Below, piece after piece: positions 47,993 through 56,292 of a stretch of DNA of 64,000 nucleotides; within the stretch, counting starts at the first letter, position 1; each line of letters starts with the position of its first letter. The notes below the pieces were generated by a model. That model was not told the origin of the DNA. It searched no databases and saw only the letters and a program-made list of their open reading frames with translations. The position numbers and the translations under genes were made by a program. The DNA lies in the NCBI GenBank assembly GCA_964441755.1, contig CAYTVG010000006.1, positions 173,100-237,099 on the forward strand, read 5' to 3'. This stretch comes from an uncultured Saprospiraceae bacterium. GTDB lineage: Bacteria > Bacteroidota > Bacteroidia > Chitinophagales > Saprospiraceae.

Positions 47993-48508
47993 ATGCGCAT
48001 ACTCAAAGCAATCATGCTGGTCGTCCTCGTGCTGTACAACTGGGTACAGGGCTGCCTCTTTTGTTTTGAGTATACCCACCGCTGGGAGCTGCGCCATGAG
48101 ATGAACCAAGAAGAAGCGGCACTTGCTGCCCGGCTGCAGGCGCAACTGCTGCTGCAGTCGGCTGTGCACATTGTCGACCAAACCTATAAGGGTCGACTGG
48201 GGGTTATAGACCCCTATGATTTTGCTTTTGCCAATGCAGCGGCGGCAGGCGATACCACCTGGTACGTGGTCCACAGCCAGCTGCCCGAGGCATCCCGGCA
48301 GACCGTTCGGATCAAAGATGGCAGTGACCCTTCTGCGCCCCTGCCACCTGTTTCTTTTCAGGACTTTTTCTCTCCCTACCTGCCCGATCAGCTTGCGTCC
48401 CTGCCCGTAGGGCGGGCGGGGCAATCAGGCTGCAGCAGCCTTTATCCGGCTCCGCAGCAGCTCAGCAGCAGGCTGTTGGTGGCTGATACGCCGCCGCCCG
48501 AAGTGTAG
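47993..48508 (+). CDS. Hypothetical membrane-anchored protein
   Basis: ORF with an N-terminal hydrophobic segment MRILKAIMLVVLVLYNWVQG. The track start at 47792 is probably too far upstream. Confidence 0.4.
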   Translation: MRILKAIMLVVLVLYNWVQGCLFCFEYTHRWELRHEMNQEEAALAARLQAQLLLQSAVHIVDQTYKGRLGVIDPYDFAFANAAAAGDTTWYVVHSQLPEASRQTVRIKDGSDPSAPLPPVSFQDFFSPYLPDQLASLPVGRAGQSGCSSLYPAPQQLSSRLLVADTPPPEV

Positions 48509-48644
48509 TCGCGCAGGTCGTATATCCGTTGCCGGTAATTTCCGTTGCAGGTAGTGCGCTGCTGCTCAGGCTACTGCCGCAGCCTTGCGTTGCGTGTTGG
48601 GTCTGCAGTTACGCCCGTGTCCTTTATTTTTAAAAATCGATGCG

Positions 48645-48726
48645 TTTGACTTTTCCGCTGATGCGGAAAAGTCAAATGTCAGATCGGAAGATTTTCCGGC
48701 GGCCGTTGCCGCCGGAAAATCTTCCG
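48645..48726 (+). terminator. Two strong hairpins (14-bp and 19-bp perfect stems) in the 450-nt gap upstream of the outer-membrane protein gene
   Basis: TTTGACTTTTCCGC-TGAT-GCGGAAAAGTCAAA (48645-48676) and CGGAAGATTTTCCGGCGGC-CGTT-GCCGCCGGAAAATCTTCCG (48685-48726). Confidence 0.45.
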
Positions 48727-48959
48727 GGACGGCTGCTACCTTCGGATGCCCTTACCGGCACCTCCTCCTTTTCCCGGTTTTTCTCACCTGCACCAACCGG
48801 GTTCGTGACCACACATGATTGCATGACTGCCTCCCGCAGCACAGGCCTGGTGCCTGTTGTGCGGGAAGCGGGTTGCCCCGCGAAGGGCGTTTGGCCCCGG
48901 CCGCACATCAGCGGCGGCGGCAAGCTCCGGCGGTGCGACCACCAACGACCATCTTCGAT

Positions 48960-49892
48960 ATGCGTATCAAACTACGCCCGTATGCCCTGCTTGTGGCATG
49001 CCTTTTCAGCAACCTCAGCGGCCCGCTGGGCGCCCAGACCAGCAATGACGAAATTATGATGCCCCGGCAGCGCGTCTGCGCCGCTGCCCTCTACACCCTC
49101 GACCAGTGGGATCACTACTGGGAGGGCAGCCTGTTGCGCGCCAATGGCAATATAGGCCGGCTGACGCGGCAGACGGCTACCGCCATGACGGCCATAGGCC
49201 TCAGTGACCACCTCAACCTGCTCGTGGCCCTCCCCTGGGTCGGCACCGAGGCTTCTGCCGGGCAGCTGCGCGGCGCCCGGGGGCTTCAAGATCTATCGGT
49301 TTGGTTAAAGGCAGCCATAGTAAGCCAGTCAGTCGGCAGCGGCCAGCTGCGACTGCTGGCTGCTGCCGGCTTTTCCACCCCGGCCGCCCGCTACCTGCCC
49401 GACTATGCGCCCTTCAGCCTTGGGCTGGGCGCCCCGGAGCTCAGCCTGCGCGGCCTGCTGCACTACCAGCGCCCGGGCGGTGCCTACCTGCGCCTGCAGC
49501 TGGCCGGCCACTGGCGCGGCTATGCGACCATTGAGCGCGACTACTACTATACCCAGCAGGGGTATTACACCGATCAGGTGGACGTACCCAATGCCATCAC
49601 CTACGGTGCCGGGCTTGGCCGCTGGCTGGCCGATGGCCGCCTGCGCGCTGAGCTGAGCGCTGACGGCCTCGTCAGCCAGGGAGGGCATGACATACGGCGG
49701 CAGGATGCGGGCTTTCCCTCCAATCGCGTCCTGCAGGCGCGGCTGGGCGCGGGGGGGCTTTTTTACTTTACAAAGAGCCAGGGCTGGGGGCTTACGGCCA
49801 GTGGGTTTTACCTGCTGAGCGGTCGCAATACCGGCCGGTCGACGGTGCTGAGCGGTGGTGTGCTGTATCAGTTTGGCCTTACAAAAGCGTGA
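48960..49892 (+). CDS. Putative outer-membrane beta-barrel protein (possibly MetA-pathway/phenol-degradation-like transporter family)
   Basis: Signal peptide MRIKLRPYALLVACLFSNLSGPLGAQ, alternating beta-strand pattern, C-terminal ...GGVLYQFGLTKA. The ATG at 48960 is preferred over the track start at 48819. Confidence 0.55.
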   Translation: MRIKLRPYALLVACLFSNLSGPLGAQTSNDEIMMPRQRVCAAALYTLDQWDHYWEGSLLRANGNIGRLTRQTATAMTAIGLSDHLNLLVALPWVGTEASAGQLRGARGLQDLSVWLKAAIVSQSVGSGQLRLLAAAGFSTPAARYLPDYAPFSLGLGAPELSLRGLLHYQRPGGAYLRLQLAGHWRGYATIERDYYYTQQGYYTDQVDVPNAITYGAGLGRWLADGRLRAELSADGLVSQGGHDIRRQDAGFPSNRVLQARLGAGGLFYFTKSQGWGLTASGFYLLSGRNTGRSTVLSGGVLYQFGLTKA

Positions 49893-49897
49893 TGTTG

Positions 49898-50194
49898 CTG
49901 TCTGCATGTGGCTGTGCCAGCCACATGCAGACAGGGGGTAAATTTATTTTTTGATTTTTTTTCAAAAAAATCAAAAAGCGACCTGATATGCATGTGGCTG
50001 TGCCAGCCACATGCAGACAGGGGAGAGATTTGTTTTTTGATTTTTTTTTCAAAAAAATCAAAAAACGACCTGATATGCATGTGGCTGTGCCAGCCACATG
50101 CAGACAGGATAAAGATTTGTTTTTTGATTTTTTTTCAAAAAAAAATCAAAAAACGGATGCGTATGCTGTCGGGTGGCTATGCCACCGGCAGCAT
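49898..50194. repeat. Tandem array (3 copies plus one degenerate) of an 86-87-bp unit. Each unit is a GC-rich hairpin plus the AT-rich hairpin TTTTTGATTTTTTT..AAAAAAATCAAAAA.
   Basis: GCATGTGGCTG-TGC-CAGCCACATGC occurs at 49904-49928, 49990-50014 and 50077-50101; the first copy extends to a 17-bp stem (49898-49934). AT hairpins lie near 49948-49977, 50035-50065 and 50121-50153. A degenerate 4th GC hairpin lies at 50163-50194. Confidence 0.9.
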
Positions 50195-50234
50195 GTATAC
50201 ATTCATTTTTATACACATTTAATAAGCAATACTT

Positions 50235-51776
50235 ATGCAAACATACACATCACGTATCCTCATAGCAGTCATCGCCCTGCTGAGCAGCCTTCTCCTCGGC
50301 TGCGAAAAGGACCTGCCCACCTACTACGCATTTGCACCCTACAGCTACAGCAGTCAGGATGCTGATGCAGGGAGCTGGAAGCCCCTGCTGCTGAGTCGTC
50401 CCGACCAGATAGCTGTGCCGCCGCCGCCCGGGGGCGACGCCTATGCCGCTGAGCTGGTGCAGACGCGACAGGCAACTGCCAACCTGAGCCCTGAAGCCCG
50501 CGCGGCCGTTGCCTACTGGGGCAACAATCCGCTCATACGCTGGAACGAGATTGCACACGAACTGGTGTCCAAGTACAATCTCATACCAGCCCCCAATGCC
50601 GACGGCAGCTACGACAGCCCCAGCGCTGCCAACCCGGCGGTCTACCCCTTTTTCCCCTTTTCCAACCCCGTCTACAGCAGCCGCGTATACGCCTACTGGA
50701 GTGCCGCCCAGCTGGACGCTCTCATAGCCGTATGGCACTACAAATACGTATACAACCGCCCGGCGCCCGCAGCGGCCGACGATCGCATAGTGGCAGCCTG
50801 GCCCCCCTCCGGGCTGCCTGCTTATCCGGCCGACGGTGCCGCCGTGGCGGCCGTCTCTGAGGCCATCCTCGGCGCTATGTTTCCGCTCGAAAAAGATTTT
50901 CTGGCGGCCAAAGCCGCCGAGCACCGGCAGGCGATGCGCTGGTCGGGCACGCAGCTCGAGAGCGATCTGACCGCCGGTGAGGCGCTCGGCAAAGCCGTAG
51001 CAGCCCTCTTCCTCAGCCGCGCAGCCGGCGACGGTACCCGCGATGCCGGCGGAAACGCCGGCACCACCGACTCCCTGCGCAATGCCGCACAGGCGCGCTG
51101 GGGCTGGGCCTGGGAAAATCTCGAGCAGCCCCAGCGGCCCGGCGGGCTCGCGCCGCTCTTCGGGCAGGTGCAAATGTGGTGCGTACCCTCCGTGGAAATC
51201 GTGCGGCCGCTGCCGCCGCCGGCGCCCGGCACCCCTGCCTTCGAGCGAGATGCTGCAGAGCTCCGGCAGATTGCCGACAACCTCAGCCGCGAACAGCGCC
51301 GCATTGCCAACTTTTGGTCCGACGGACTGGGCACCTATACCCCGCCCGGCCACTGGAACCGCCTCGCCAGCGAGTTTGTCGTCAAGTACCAGCTCAATCC
51401 TGTGCGCACGGCCCGCACCTTTGCCTACCTCAACATGGCCATGATGGATGCCGGCATCAGTTGCTGGGATGCCAAATATTACTACTACTACCCGCGCCCC
51501 TCACAGCTCATGCCGGGCTTCAAGACCATCCTGGGTATCCCCAATTTTCCGGGCTATACGTCGGGACACTCTACCTTCTCGGCTGCGGCCGCTACCGTGC
51601 TGGGGCACATCTTCCCGGCTGAAGCGGCCCGCTGCAATGCCTGGGCCGAGGAGGCTGCCCTCTCGCGCCTCTACGGCGGTATTCACTTCCGTTTCGATGC
51701 TGAGGTCGGGCTGGAGCAGGGCCGGCGCGTGGGCAGTTACTCGGTGGCTGTTGCGCGGGCGGATGGTGCGGAATAG
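50235..51776 (+). CDS. PAP2-superfamily / vanadium-dependent haloperoxidase-like lipoprotein
   Basis: 513 aa; lipobox LLLGC. C-terminal PAP2 motifs PGYTSGHSTFSAAAA and SRLYGGIHFRFD. Confidence 0.8.
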   Translation: MQTYTSRILIAVIALLSSLLLGCEKDLPTYYAFAPYSYSSQDADAGSWKPLLLSRPDQIAVPPPPGGDAYAAELVQTRQATANLSPEARAAVAYWGNNPLIRWNEIAHELVSKYNLIPAPNADGSYDSPSAANPAVYPFFPFSNPVYSSRVYAYWSAAQLDALIAVWHYKYVYNRPAPAAADDRIVAAWPPSGLPAYPADGAAVAAVSEAILGAMFPLEKDFLAAKAAEHRQAMRWSGTQLESDLTAGEALGKAVAALFLSRAAGDGTRDAGGNAGTTDSLRNAAQARWGWAWENLEQPQRPGGLAPLFGQVQMWCVPSVEIVRPLPPPAPGTPAFERDAAELRQIADNLSREQRRIANFWSDGLGTYTPPGHWNRLASEFVVKYQLNPVRTARTFAYLNMAMMDAGISCWDAKYYYYYPRPSQLMPGFKTILGIPNFPGYTSGHSTFSAAAATVLGHIFPAEAARCNAWAEEAALSRLYGGIHFRFDAEVGLEQGRRVGSYSVAVARADGAE

Positions 51777-51782
51777 CTTATA

Positions 51783-51830
51783 AAGCGACAAGGGGCTGCG
51801 AGTGCAGCCCCTTGTCGCTTAGGTTTTTTT
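51783..51830 (+). terminator. Rho-independent terminator after the haloperoxidase-like gene
   Basis: Perfect 17-bp stem AAGCGACAAGGGGCTGC-GAGT-GCAGCCCCTTGTCGCTT followed by AGGTTTTTTT. Confidence 0.8.
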
Positions 51831-51832
51831 CC

Positions 51833-51864
51833 AAAAAACGAACCCGGGGCTGCAGCTGCAGCCC
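51833..51864 (-). terminator. Terminator-like palindrome after feoB
   Basis: GGGCTGCAG/CTGCAGCCC (51847-51864) followed on the minus strand by GGGTTCGTTTTTTGG. Confidence 0.55.
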
Positions 51865-51873
51865 GAAAATCCT

Positions 51874-53994
51874 TTAACTAAGCCACTGATACACCAGCAG
51901 ACTGCTCAGGTAGGCCAGACCGGTCATAAACACAAACTGCAGTATCGGCCAGCGCCAGCTGCCGGTCTCTCTTTTTACGACTGCCAGCGTACTCATGCAC
52001 ATCATGGCAAAGACGTAAAAAAGCAGGAGGGAGAGCGAGGTGGCGAGGTTGTAAAAAGGCTCGCCCGTCTCCGGGTGCCGCTCGGCCGCGAGCCGGTCTC
52101 TGACCGTGAGCTCGTCGCTGCCGTCGCCCAGACTGTAGATGGTCGACATGGTGCCCACAAATACCTCGCGGGCGGCAAAGCTCGTAATCAGTGCGATGCC
52201 GATACGCCAGTCGAAGCCCAGGGGCGCGATGGCCGGCTCAATCAGCTTGCCCATGTGGCCGGCAAAGCTGGCTTCCAGCTCCCGCGTAGCGGTCAGGCTT
52301 GCTGCTGCCGCTTCGTCGAGCTGCTCCGTAGCCGCTGTGCGGGCGGCGGCGGCCCGCGCCTCTTCCATGGCGTTGCCCGGGCCATAGCTCGACAAGGCCC
52401 AGAGAATGACCGAGATGATGAGGATAATCTTCCCCGCCTCCACTACAAAGGTTTTTACTTTTTCCCATACCGTAAGCCCTACGTTGCGCCAGACGGGCGG
52501 GCGGTACTCCGGCAGCTCCAGCATGAGGTAGCTGCGCTCCTCGGAGCGGAGTATATACTTGAAAATCAGTCCAAAAATCAGTGCCGCCAGGATACCCAGC
52601 AGGTAGAGCCCCATAAATGCCAGCCCCTGCAGGTTGAGGAAGCCCCAGACCGTCACGGGCGGCGCCACAAAGCCGATGAGCACCGTGTAGACCGGTATGC
52701 GGGCAGAGCAACTAATGAAGGGCGTCACCAGGATGGTGATCAGCCGCTCCTTGTGGTTGCCGATGGTGCGGGCACTCATGATGGCCGGGATGGCGCAGGC
52801 GCCACCCGAAATCAGGGCAACCATGCTGCGGCCGTTGAGGCCAAAAAACTGCATCAGCCGGTCGAACATGAAGGCCGCCCGGGCCATATAGCCTACCTCC
52901 TCCAGCAGGCCGATCAGCAAAAACAGCAGCGCTATCTGGGGTACGAAGACGACGATGCCGCCCAGGCCGGCCAGGATACCGTCGACCAGCAGCGAACTCA
53001 GCCAGCCGGCCGGCAGTAGCTGTCGGAGGCCTTCGGCGGCGGAGGCAAACAGCCAGTCGATGGCGTCCATGGGGTAGGAAGCCCAGGCGTAGATGGCCTG
53101 GAAAACCAGCAGCATGATCAGCAAAAAGATGAGCGGACCGGAGAAGGGGTGGGTGAGAATCTTGTCGAGGCGGGTAGAAAATTGCTGCCGCGCCGCCTGT
53201 CCCTGGCTGCGCATGGCGCGCGCCAGCAGGGGCGTAAACCAGTCGTAGCGCCACATCGTCTCATCGACCTGCGCCCGCAGCGGCTGAAAGCCCACTGTGC
53301 GGGCAGCCGCCTGCACGCCCCCTCTGTCTGCTGTGGAAATAAAGGGCAGCCAGTCGATATGGTGCGCCATCACCAGGCGGTGGTAAGGCGTTGCTGCAGG
53401 CGCCAGCAGCTCCAGTGCTGCCGCGAGCCGGCTTTCGGCCGGGCTGAGGGTGTAAAAAGGCTGGCCGGCAGCGGGTGGCGGCGGCTGCCGCAGCAGCGCC
53501 TCCAGGGCCTCAAAGCCCTGACCCGTGCGGCTGCTGAGCAGCACCACGGGTGCCTGCAGCCGGGCCGACAAGGCCGGGATGTCCACCTCAAGGCCCTCCT
53601 CAGCAGCTACATCGGCCATGTTGAGCGCCAGTATGAGCGGCAGGCCCAGGTCGTGCAATTGCGTAAACAGCAGCAGATGCTTTTCCAGCCGCGTCACATC
53701 GGCCACATAGACCACGCGGTCGGGATAACTCTCATCCTCGCGGTTGAGCAGCGTCTGCACCACAATCCGCTCATCCAGTGAGTTGGGGTACAGGCTGTAC
53801 GCCCCGGGAAAGTCGATGAGGTTGACGGTGGTGTGGGCGTCGAGTTTGAGTTCGCCCGATTTTTTTTCGACCGTCACCCCCGGAAAGTTGCCGACCTTCT
53901 GCCGGAGACCTGTGAGGCGGTTGAAAACCGATGATTTGCCACTGTTGGGGTTGCCCATCAGCGCAACCGTATAATGATGCTTAGCTGCAGCCAT
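51874..53994 (-). CDS. feoB: Ferrous iron transporter FeoB
   Basis: G-domain MGNPNSGKSSVFNRLTG, DFPGAYSL, NMAD, followed by a polytopic permease domain. The ATG at 53994 (MAAAKHHYTVAL) is preferred over the track start at 54081. Confidence 0.93.
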   Translation of the reverse strand: MAAAKHHYTVALMGNPNSGKSSVFNRLTGLRQKVGNFPGVTVEKKSGELKLDAHTTVNLIDFPGAYSLYPNSLDERIVVQTLLNREDESYPDRVVYVADVTRLEKHLLLFTQLHDLGLPLILALNMADVAAEEGLEVDIPALSARLQAPVVLLSSRTGQGFEALEALLRQPPPPAAGQPFYTLSPAESRLAAALELLAPAATPYHRLVMAHHIDWLPFISTADRGGVQAAARTVGFQPLRAQVDETMWRYDWFTPLLARAMRSQGQAARQQFSTRLDKILTHPFSGPLIFLLIMLLVFQAIYAWASYPMDAIDWLFASAAEGLRQLLPAGWLSSLLVDGILAGLGGIVVFVPQIALLFLLIGLLEEVGYMARAAFMFDRLMQFFGLNGRSMVALISGGACAIPAIMSARTIGNHKERLITILVTPFISCSARIPVYTVLIGFVAPPVTVWGFLNLQGLAFMGLYLLGILAALIFGLIFKYILRSEERSYLMLELPEYRPPVWRNVGLTVWEKVKTFVVEAGKIILIISVILWALSSYGPGNAMEEARAAAARTAATEQLDEAAAASLTATRELEASFAGHMGKLIEPAIAPLGFDWRIGIALITSFAAREVFVGTMSTIYSLGDGSDELTVRDRLAAERHPETGEPFYNLATSLSLLLFYVFAMMCMSTLAVVKRETGSWRWPILQFVFMTGLAYLSSLLVYQWLS

Positions 53995-54007
53995 AAAAGA
54001 TGCGGAA

Positions 54008-54268
54008 TCAGTTGGAATGCATGATGATACCATCGAGCTCGCTGCTGCGCAGCGCCAGGCAAAGGTTGCCGGCACGCACATACCAGCCGCCGCCCAGGGG
54101 TGCTGCCTGCAGCAGCTCTATGTCCGTACCCGGCAGCACACCCATGGCCATGAGCTTGCCGGCGAGCTGCTCGCTGCTGAATCCCTCGATCCTGCCCTTC
54201 TGCCCGCGTCTGTAGCCCGGGGAGGGCTGCTTGCCCGCTGCCGGGCGCTGTGTGTGTTGCTCTGTCAT
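54008..54268 (-). CDS. feoA: FeoA-family protein
   Basis: GQKGRIEGFSSEQLAGKLMAMGVLPGTDIELLQAAPLGGGWYVRAGNLCLALRSSELDGI (SH3-like FeoA). The stop lies 13 nt upstream of the feoB start. The start could be 54268 or 54304. Confidence 0.8.
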   Translation of the reverse strand: MTEQHTQRPAAGKQPSPGYRRGQKGRIEGFSSEQLAGKLMAMGVLPGTDIELLQAAPLGGGWYVRAGNLCLALRSSELDGIIMHSN

Positions 54269-54386
54269 CCCTGCTTTCTTTTCCTTCACGTTTGAGAGCT
54301 CCAAGGTATAGCCTGCCTTGCTGACAATCGATGACGAATATCACTATACCAGTCTCTTTTCAGGATGCCAAAGATACAGGAAAATA

Positions 54387-54399
54387 ATTTAGACTAAAT
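54387..54399. promoter_or_regulatory. Perfect 6-1-6 palindrome ATTTAG-A-CTAAAT upstream of feoA (candidate metalloregulator site)
   Basis: AT-rich inverted repeat about 120 nt upstream of the feoA ATG at 54268. Confidence 0.25.
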
Positions 54400-54669
54400 C
54401 AAAATAAGTGTTTTTTGTTGGGTGCGGTCTAATTTGTTGCACGCTATGATCTTTCTTGTTGCCGTATACGCAAGGATATCTGATACACAAAGCAACTATC
54501 CTGAAGTACCTTGGTTACACGAAGCTATTTTACAAAGATTATTGAAAAATGCACATGCTCTTTTTATCTTTGGAATGGTGCCGAAGCAACCGATGGTATT
54601 CTTAGTCCGTTGGTTTGACGATTTTTTTCCGCAATCTATGTGTGGTTATATAGGGGCTGTAACAAGGTT

Positions 54670-54849
54670 GATTGGTGTTGTTTTTTGTAGATTGGAAGCC
54701 CCGTTAGGCAGGTCGATTGGTGCTGTTTTCCGTAGATTGGAAGCCCCGTTAGGTAGGTCGATTGGTGCTGTTTTCGGTAGGTTGGAAGCCCCGTTAGGCA
54801 GGTCGATTGGTGCTGTTTTCCGTAGATTGGAAGCCCCGTTAGGGGCGTA
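54670..54849. repeat. Four head-to-tail copies of the 45-bp unit GATTGGTGCTGTTTTCCGTAGATTGGAAGCCCCGTTAGGCAGGTC
   Basis: Copies start at 54670, 54715, 54760 and 54805, with 1-4 substitutions per copy. The last copy merges into the module array that follows. Confidence 0.9.
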
Positions 54850-55315
54850 ATATGGGTAGAAAACACCGGGGTTGTTGTTTTCAGGAGTCCCGTAGGGACG
54901 GGATATGGGTAGACCCGTAGGGACGGGATATGGGTAGACCCGTATGAACGAAATGTGGGTGTGATTTTTTTTCGTACAACGGAAGCCCCGTTAGGGGCGT
55001 GATATGGGTAGCAACGGGGCCGGTGTTTTCTACCCATATTCCGTCCCTACGGGACCCCGGAAAATAACGGGGTTATTGTTTTCTACCCACATCGCGTACC
55101 TACGGGGCTACCCACATTCCGTCCCTACGGGACTCCTGAAAACAATAACCCCGGTATTTTCTACCTACATCGCGTCCCTACGGGACTTTGGAAAACAACG
55201 GCCCTAGTGTTTTCTACCCATATTCCGTCCCTACGGGACCCCGGGAAATACCGGGGTTGTTGTTTTCTACCCACATCCCGTACCTACGGGGCTACCCATA
55301 TTCCGTCCCTACGGG
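54834..55315. repeat. Mosaic of ~24-nt hairpin modules (CCCGTAGGGACGGGATATGGGTAG): 5 in forward orientation, then 7 in reverse-complement orientation
   Basis: Forward modules at 54834 (variant), 54889, 54914, 54939 (degenerate) and 54986 (variant). Reverse modules CTACCCAYATYSCGTMCCTACGGG at 55030, 55083, 55108, 55161, 55214, 55267 and 55292, spaced 53/25/53/53/53/25 nt. The ~28-nt linkers are themselves related and hairpin-forming (CCCGGAAAATAACGGGGTTATTGTTTTC). Confidence 0.9.
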
Positions 55316-55368
55316 ACTAGACCAGCCCCCTATTCATCAGCCAATTCTACAAAAAACCGCCGCTAAGC

Positions 55369-55755
55369 TCATTTTTTAAAAATAAAATACACGGCTGCCA
55401 CGAGGCAGCCGAAGCCGATGAGGTGGTTGATGCGGAAGCTCTCCGTCTTGAAAACCAGCAGCGTGAAGAGGGTGAAAATGACGAGGGTGATGACCTCCTG
55501 CATCACTTTTAGCTCCACCAGACTGTAAGGGCCGCCATTGCCCTGAAAGCCAATGCGGTTGGCGGGTACCTGAAAGCAGTACTCGAGCAGAGCGATGCCC
55601 CAGCTGATGAGGATGACCACCGGCAAGCCAAGGCGATGCAGGGCAGGAATGTCCTTAAACTTGAGGTGGCCGTACCAGGCCAGGGTCATAAACAGGTTGG
55701 AAAGCACCAGCAGACCGATGGTCTGCCAGGAGGCAGGGAGGGGGAATTTTGGCAT
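55369..55755 (-). CDS. DMT-family small membrane protein (DUF486)
   Basis: 128 aa; LLVLSNLFMTLAWYGHLKFKD is the characteristic N-terminal motif. Confidence 0.85.
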   Translation of the reverse strand: MPKFPLPASWQTIGLLVLSNLFMTLAWYGHLKFKDIPALHRLGLPVVILISWGIALLEYCFQVPANRIGFQGNGGPYSLVELKVMQEVITLVIFTLFTLLVFKTESFRINHLIGFGCLVAAVYFIFKK

Positions 55756-55842
55756 ACGCGTAGCGGATTTGCCGCGAAATATCCGCTTTTTTTGGCAAAT
55801 CCGCTACGCTGGGGGGTTACAATGCTGAGCGCATACCGGCAG

Positions 55843-56256
55843 TTAGTGCGGCAGCTTGTCTTTCACCACGCCGTAGGCGAAGGTGCCAAGGGTCGCACTG
55901 AGGATGACCACAATGAAAATCCAGAAGCCATGGCCCAGCATGACAAACATGGGGCCGGGGCAGGCGCCCAGCAGGGCCCAGCCGAGGCCAAAAATGGAGC
56001 CCGCCAGCAGGTGGCGGCGTACGCTCAGCGGCATCGTCTTGATATAAATGGCAGTATCGCGCAGGGTGCGCATGCCGGAGCGGCGCATAATGGTCATGGC
56101 AATGGCGCCCACTACCACAGCTGTGCCTATGATGCCGTACATGTGGAAGCTCTCGAAGCGAAACATTTCGTGTATGCGGTACCAGGAAATGGCCTCCGAC
56201 TTGGTCATTACAATGCCAAAGACGATGCCGACGAGGAAGAAGCTAAATAGTCTCAT
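55843..56256 (-). CDS. YeeE/YedE-related small membrane protein (DUF6691-type partner)
   Basis: 137 aa, 4 TM, GACPGP motif. Paired with the upstream YeeE/YedE gene. Confidence 0.75.
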   Translation of the reverse strand: MRLFSFFLVGIVFGIVMTKSEAISWYRIHEMFRFESFHMYGIIGTAVVVGAIAMTIMRRSGMRTLRDTAIYIKTMPLSVRRHLLAGSIFGLGWALLGACPGPMFVMLGHGFWIFIVVILSATLGTFAYGVVKDKLPH

Positions 56257-56292
56257 AATTTCTTTCGGGAAGTTGATTGCTGAATACGGTTG

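Noticed and set aside
48740-48959. Cobalamin or other known riboswitch upstream of the outer-membrane protein gene
   Set aside because: I could not find a B12-box-like element or other signature I recognise. It is kept only as an unassigned structured region.
49868-50365. Small ORFs 49868-50080, 49879-50097, 49908-50222, 49988-50365 and 50058-50240
   Set aside because: They all lie within the hairpin tandem array, and their repetitive K/F-rich peptides derive from A/T runs, so they are not credible genes.
50250-51353. 367-aa minus-strand ORF
   Set aside because: It is antisense to the PAP2/haloperoxidase-like gene, which carries conserved PAP2 motifs and a lipoprotein signal.
52075-53781. 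Plus-strand ORFs of 314 and 210 aa
   Set aside because: These are antisense to feoB.
54422-55207. ORFs 54422-54850 (142 aa, repeated RLEAPLGRSIGAVF), 54636-55037 and 55004-55207
   Set aside because: The periodic peptides simply mirror the DNA repeats, and the ORFs overlap on both strands. One starts at GTG with no plausible signal, so I treat the region as non-coding.
54670-55320. Possible CRISPR array
   Set aside because: The 45-bp units are directly abutting with no spacers. In the module array the ~28-nt spacers are variants or reverse complements of each other rather than unique sequences, and the modules switch orientation. No cas genes are in the window.
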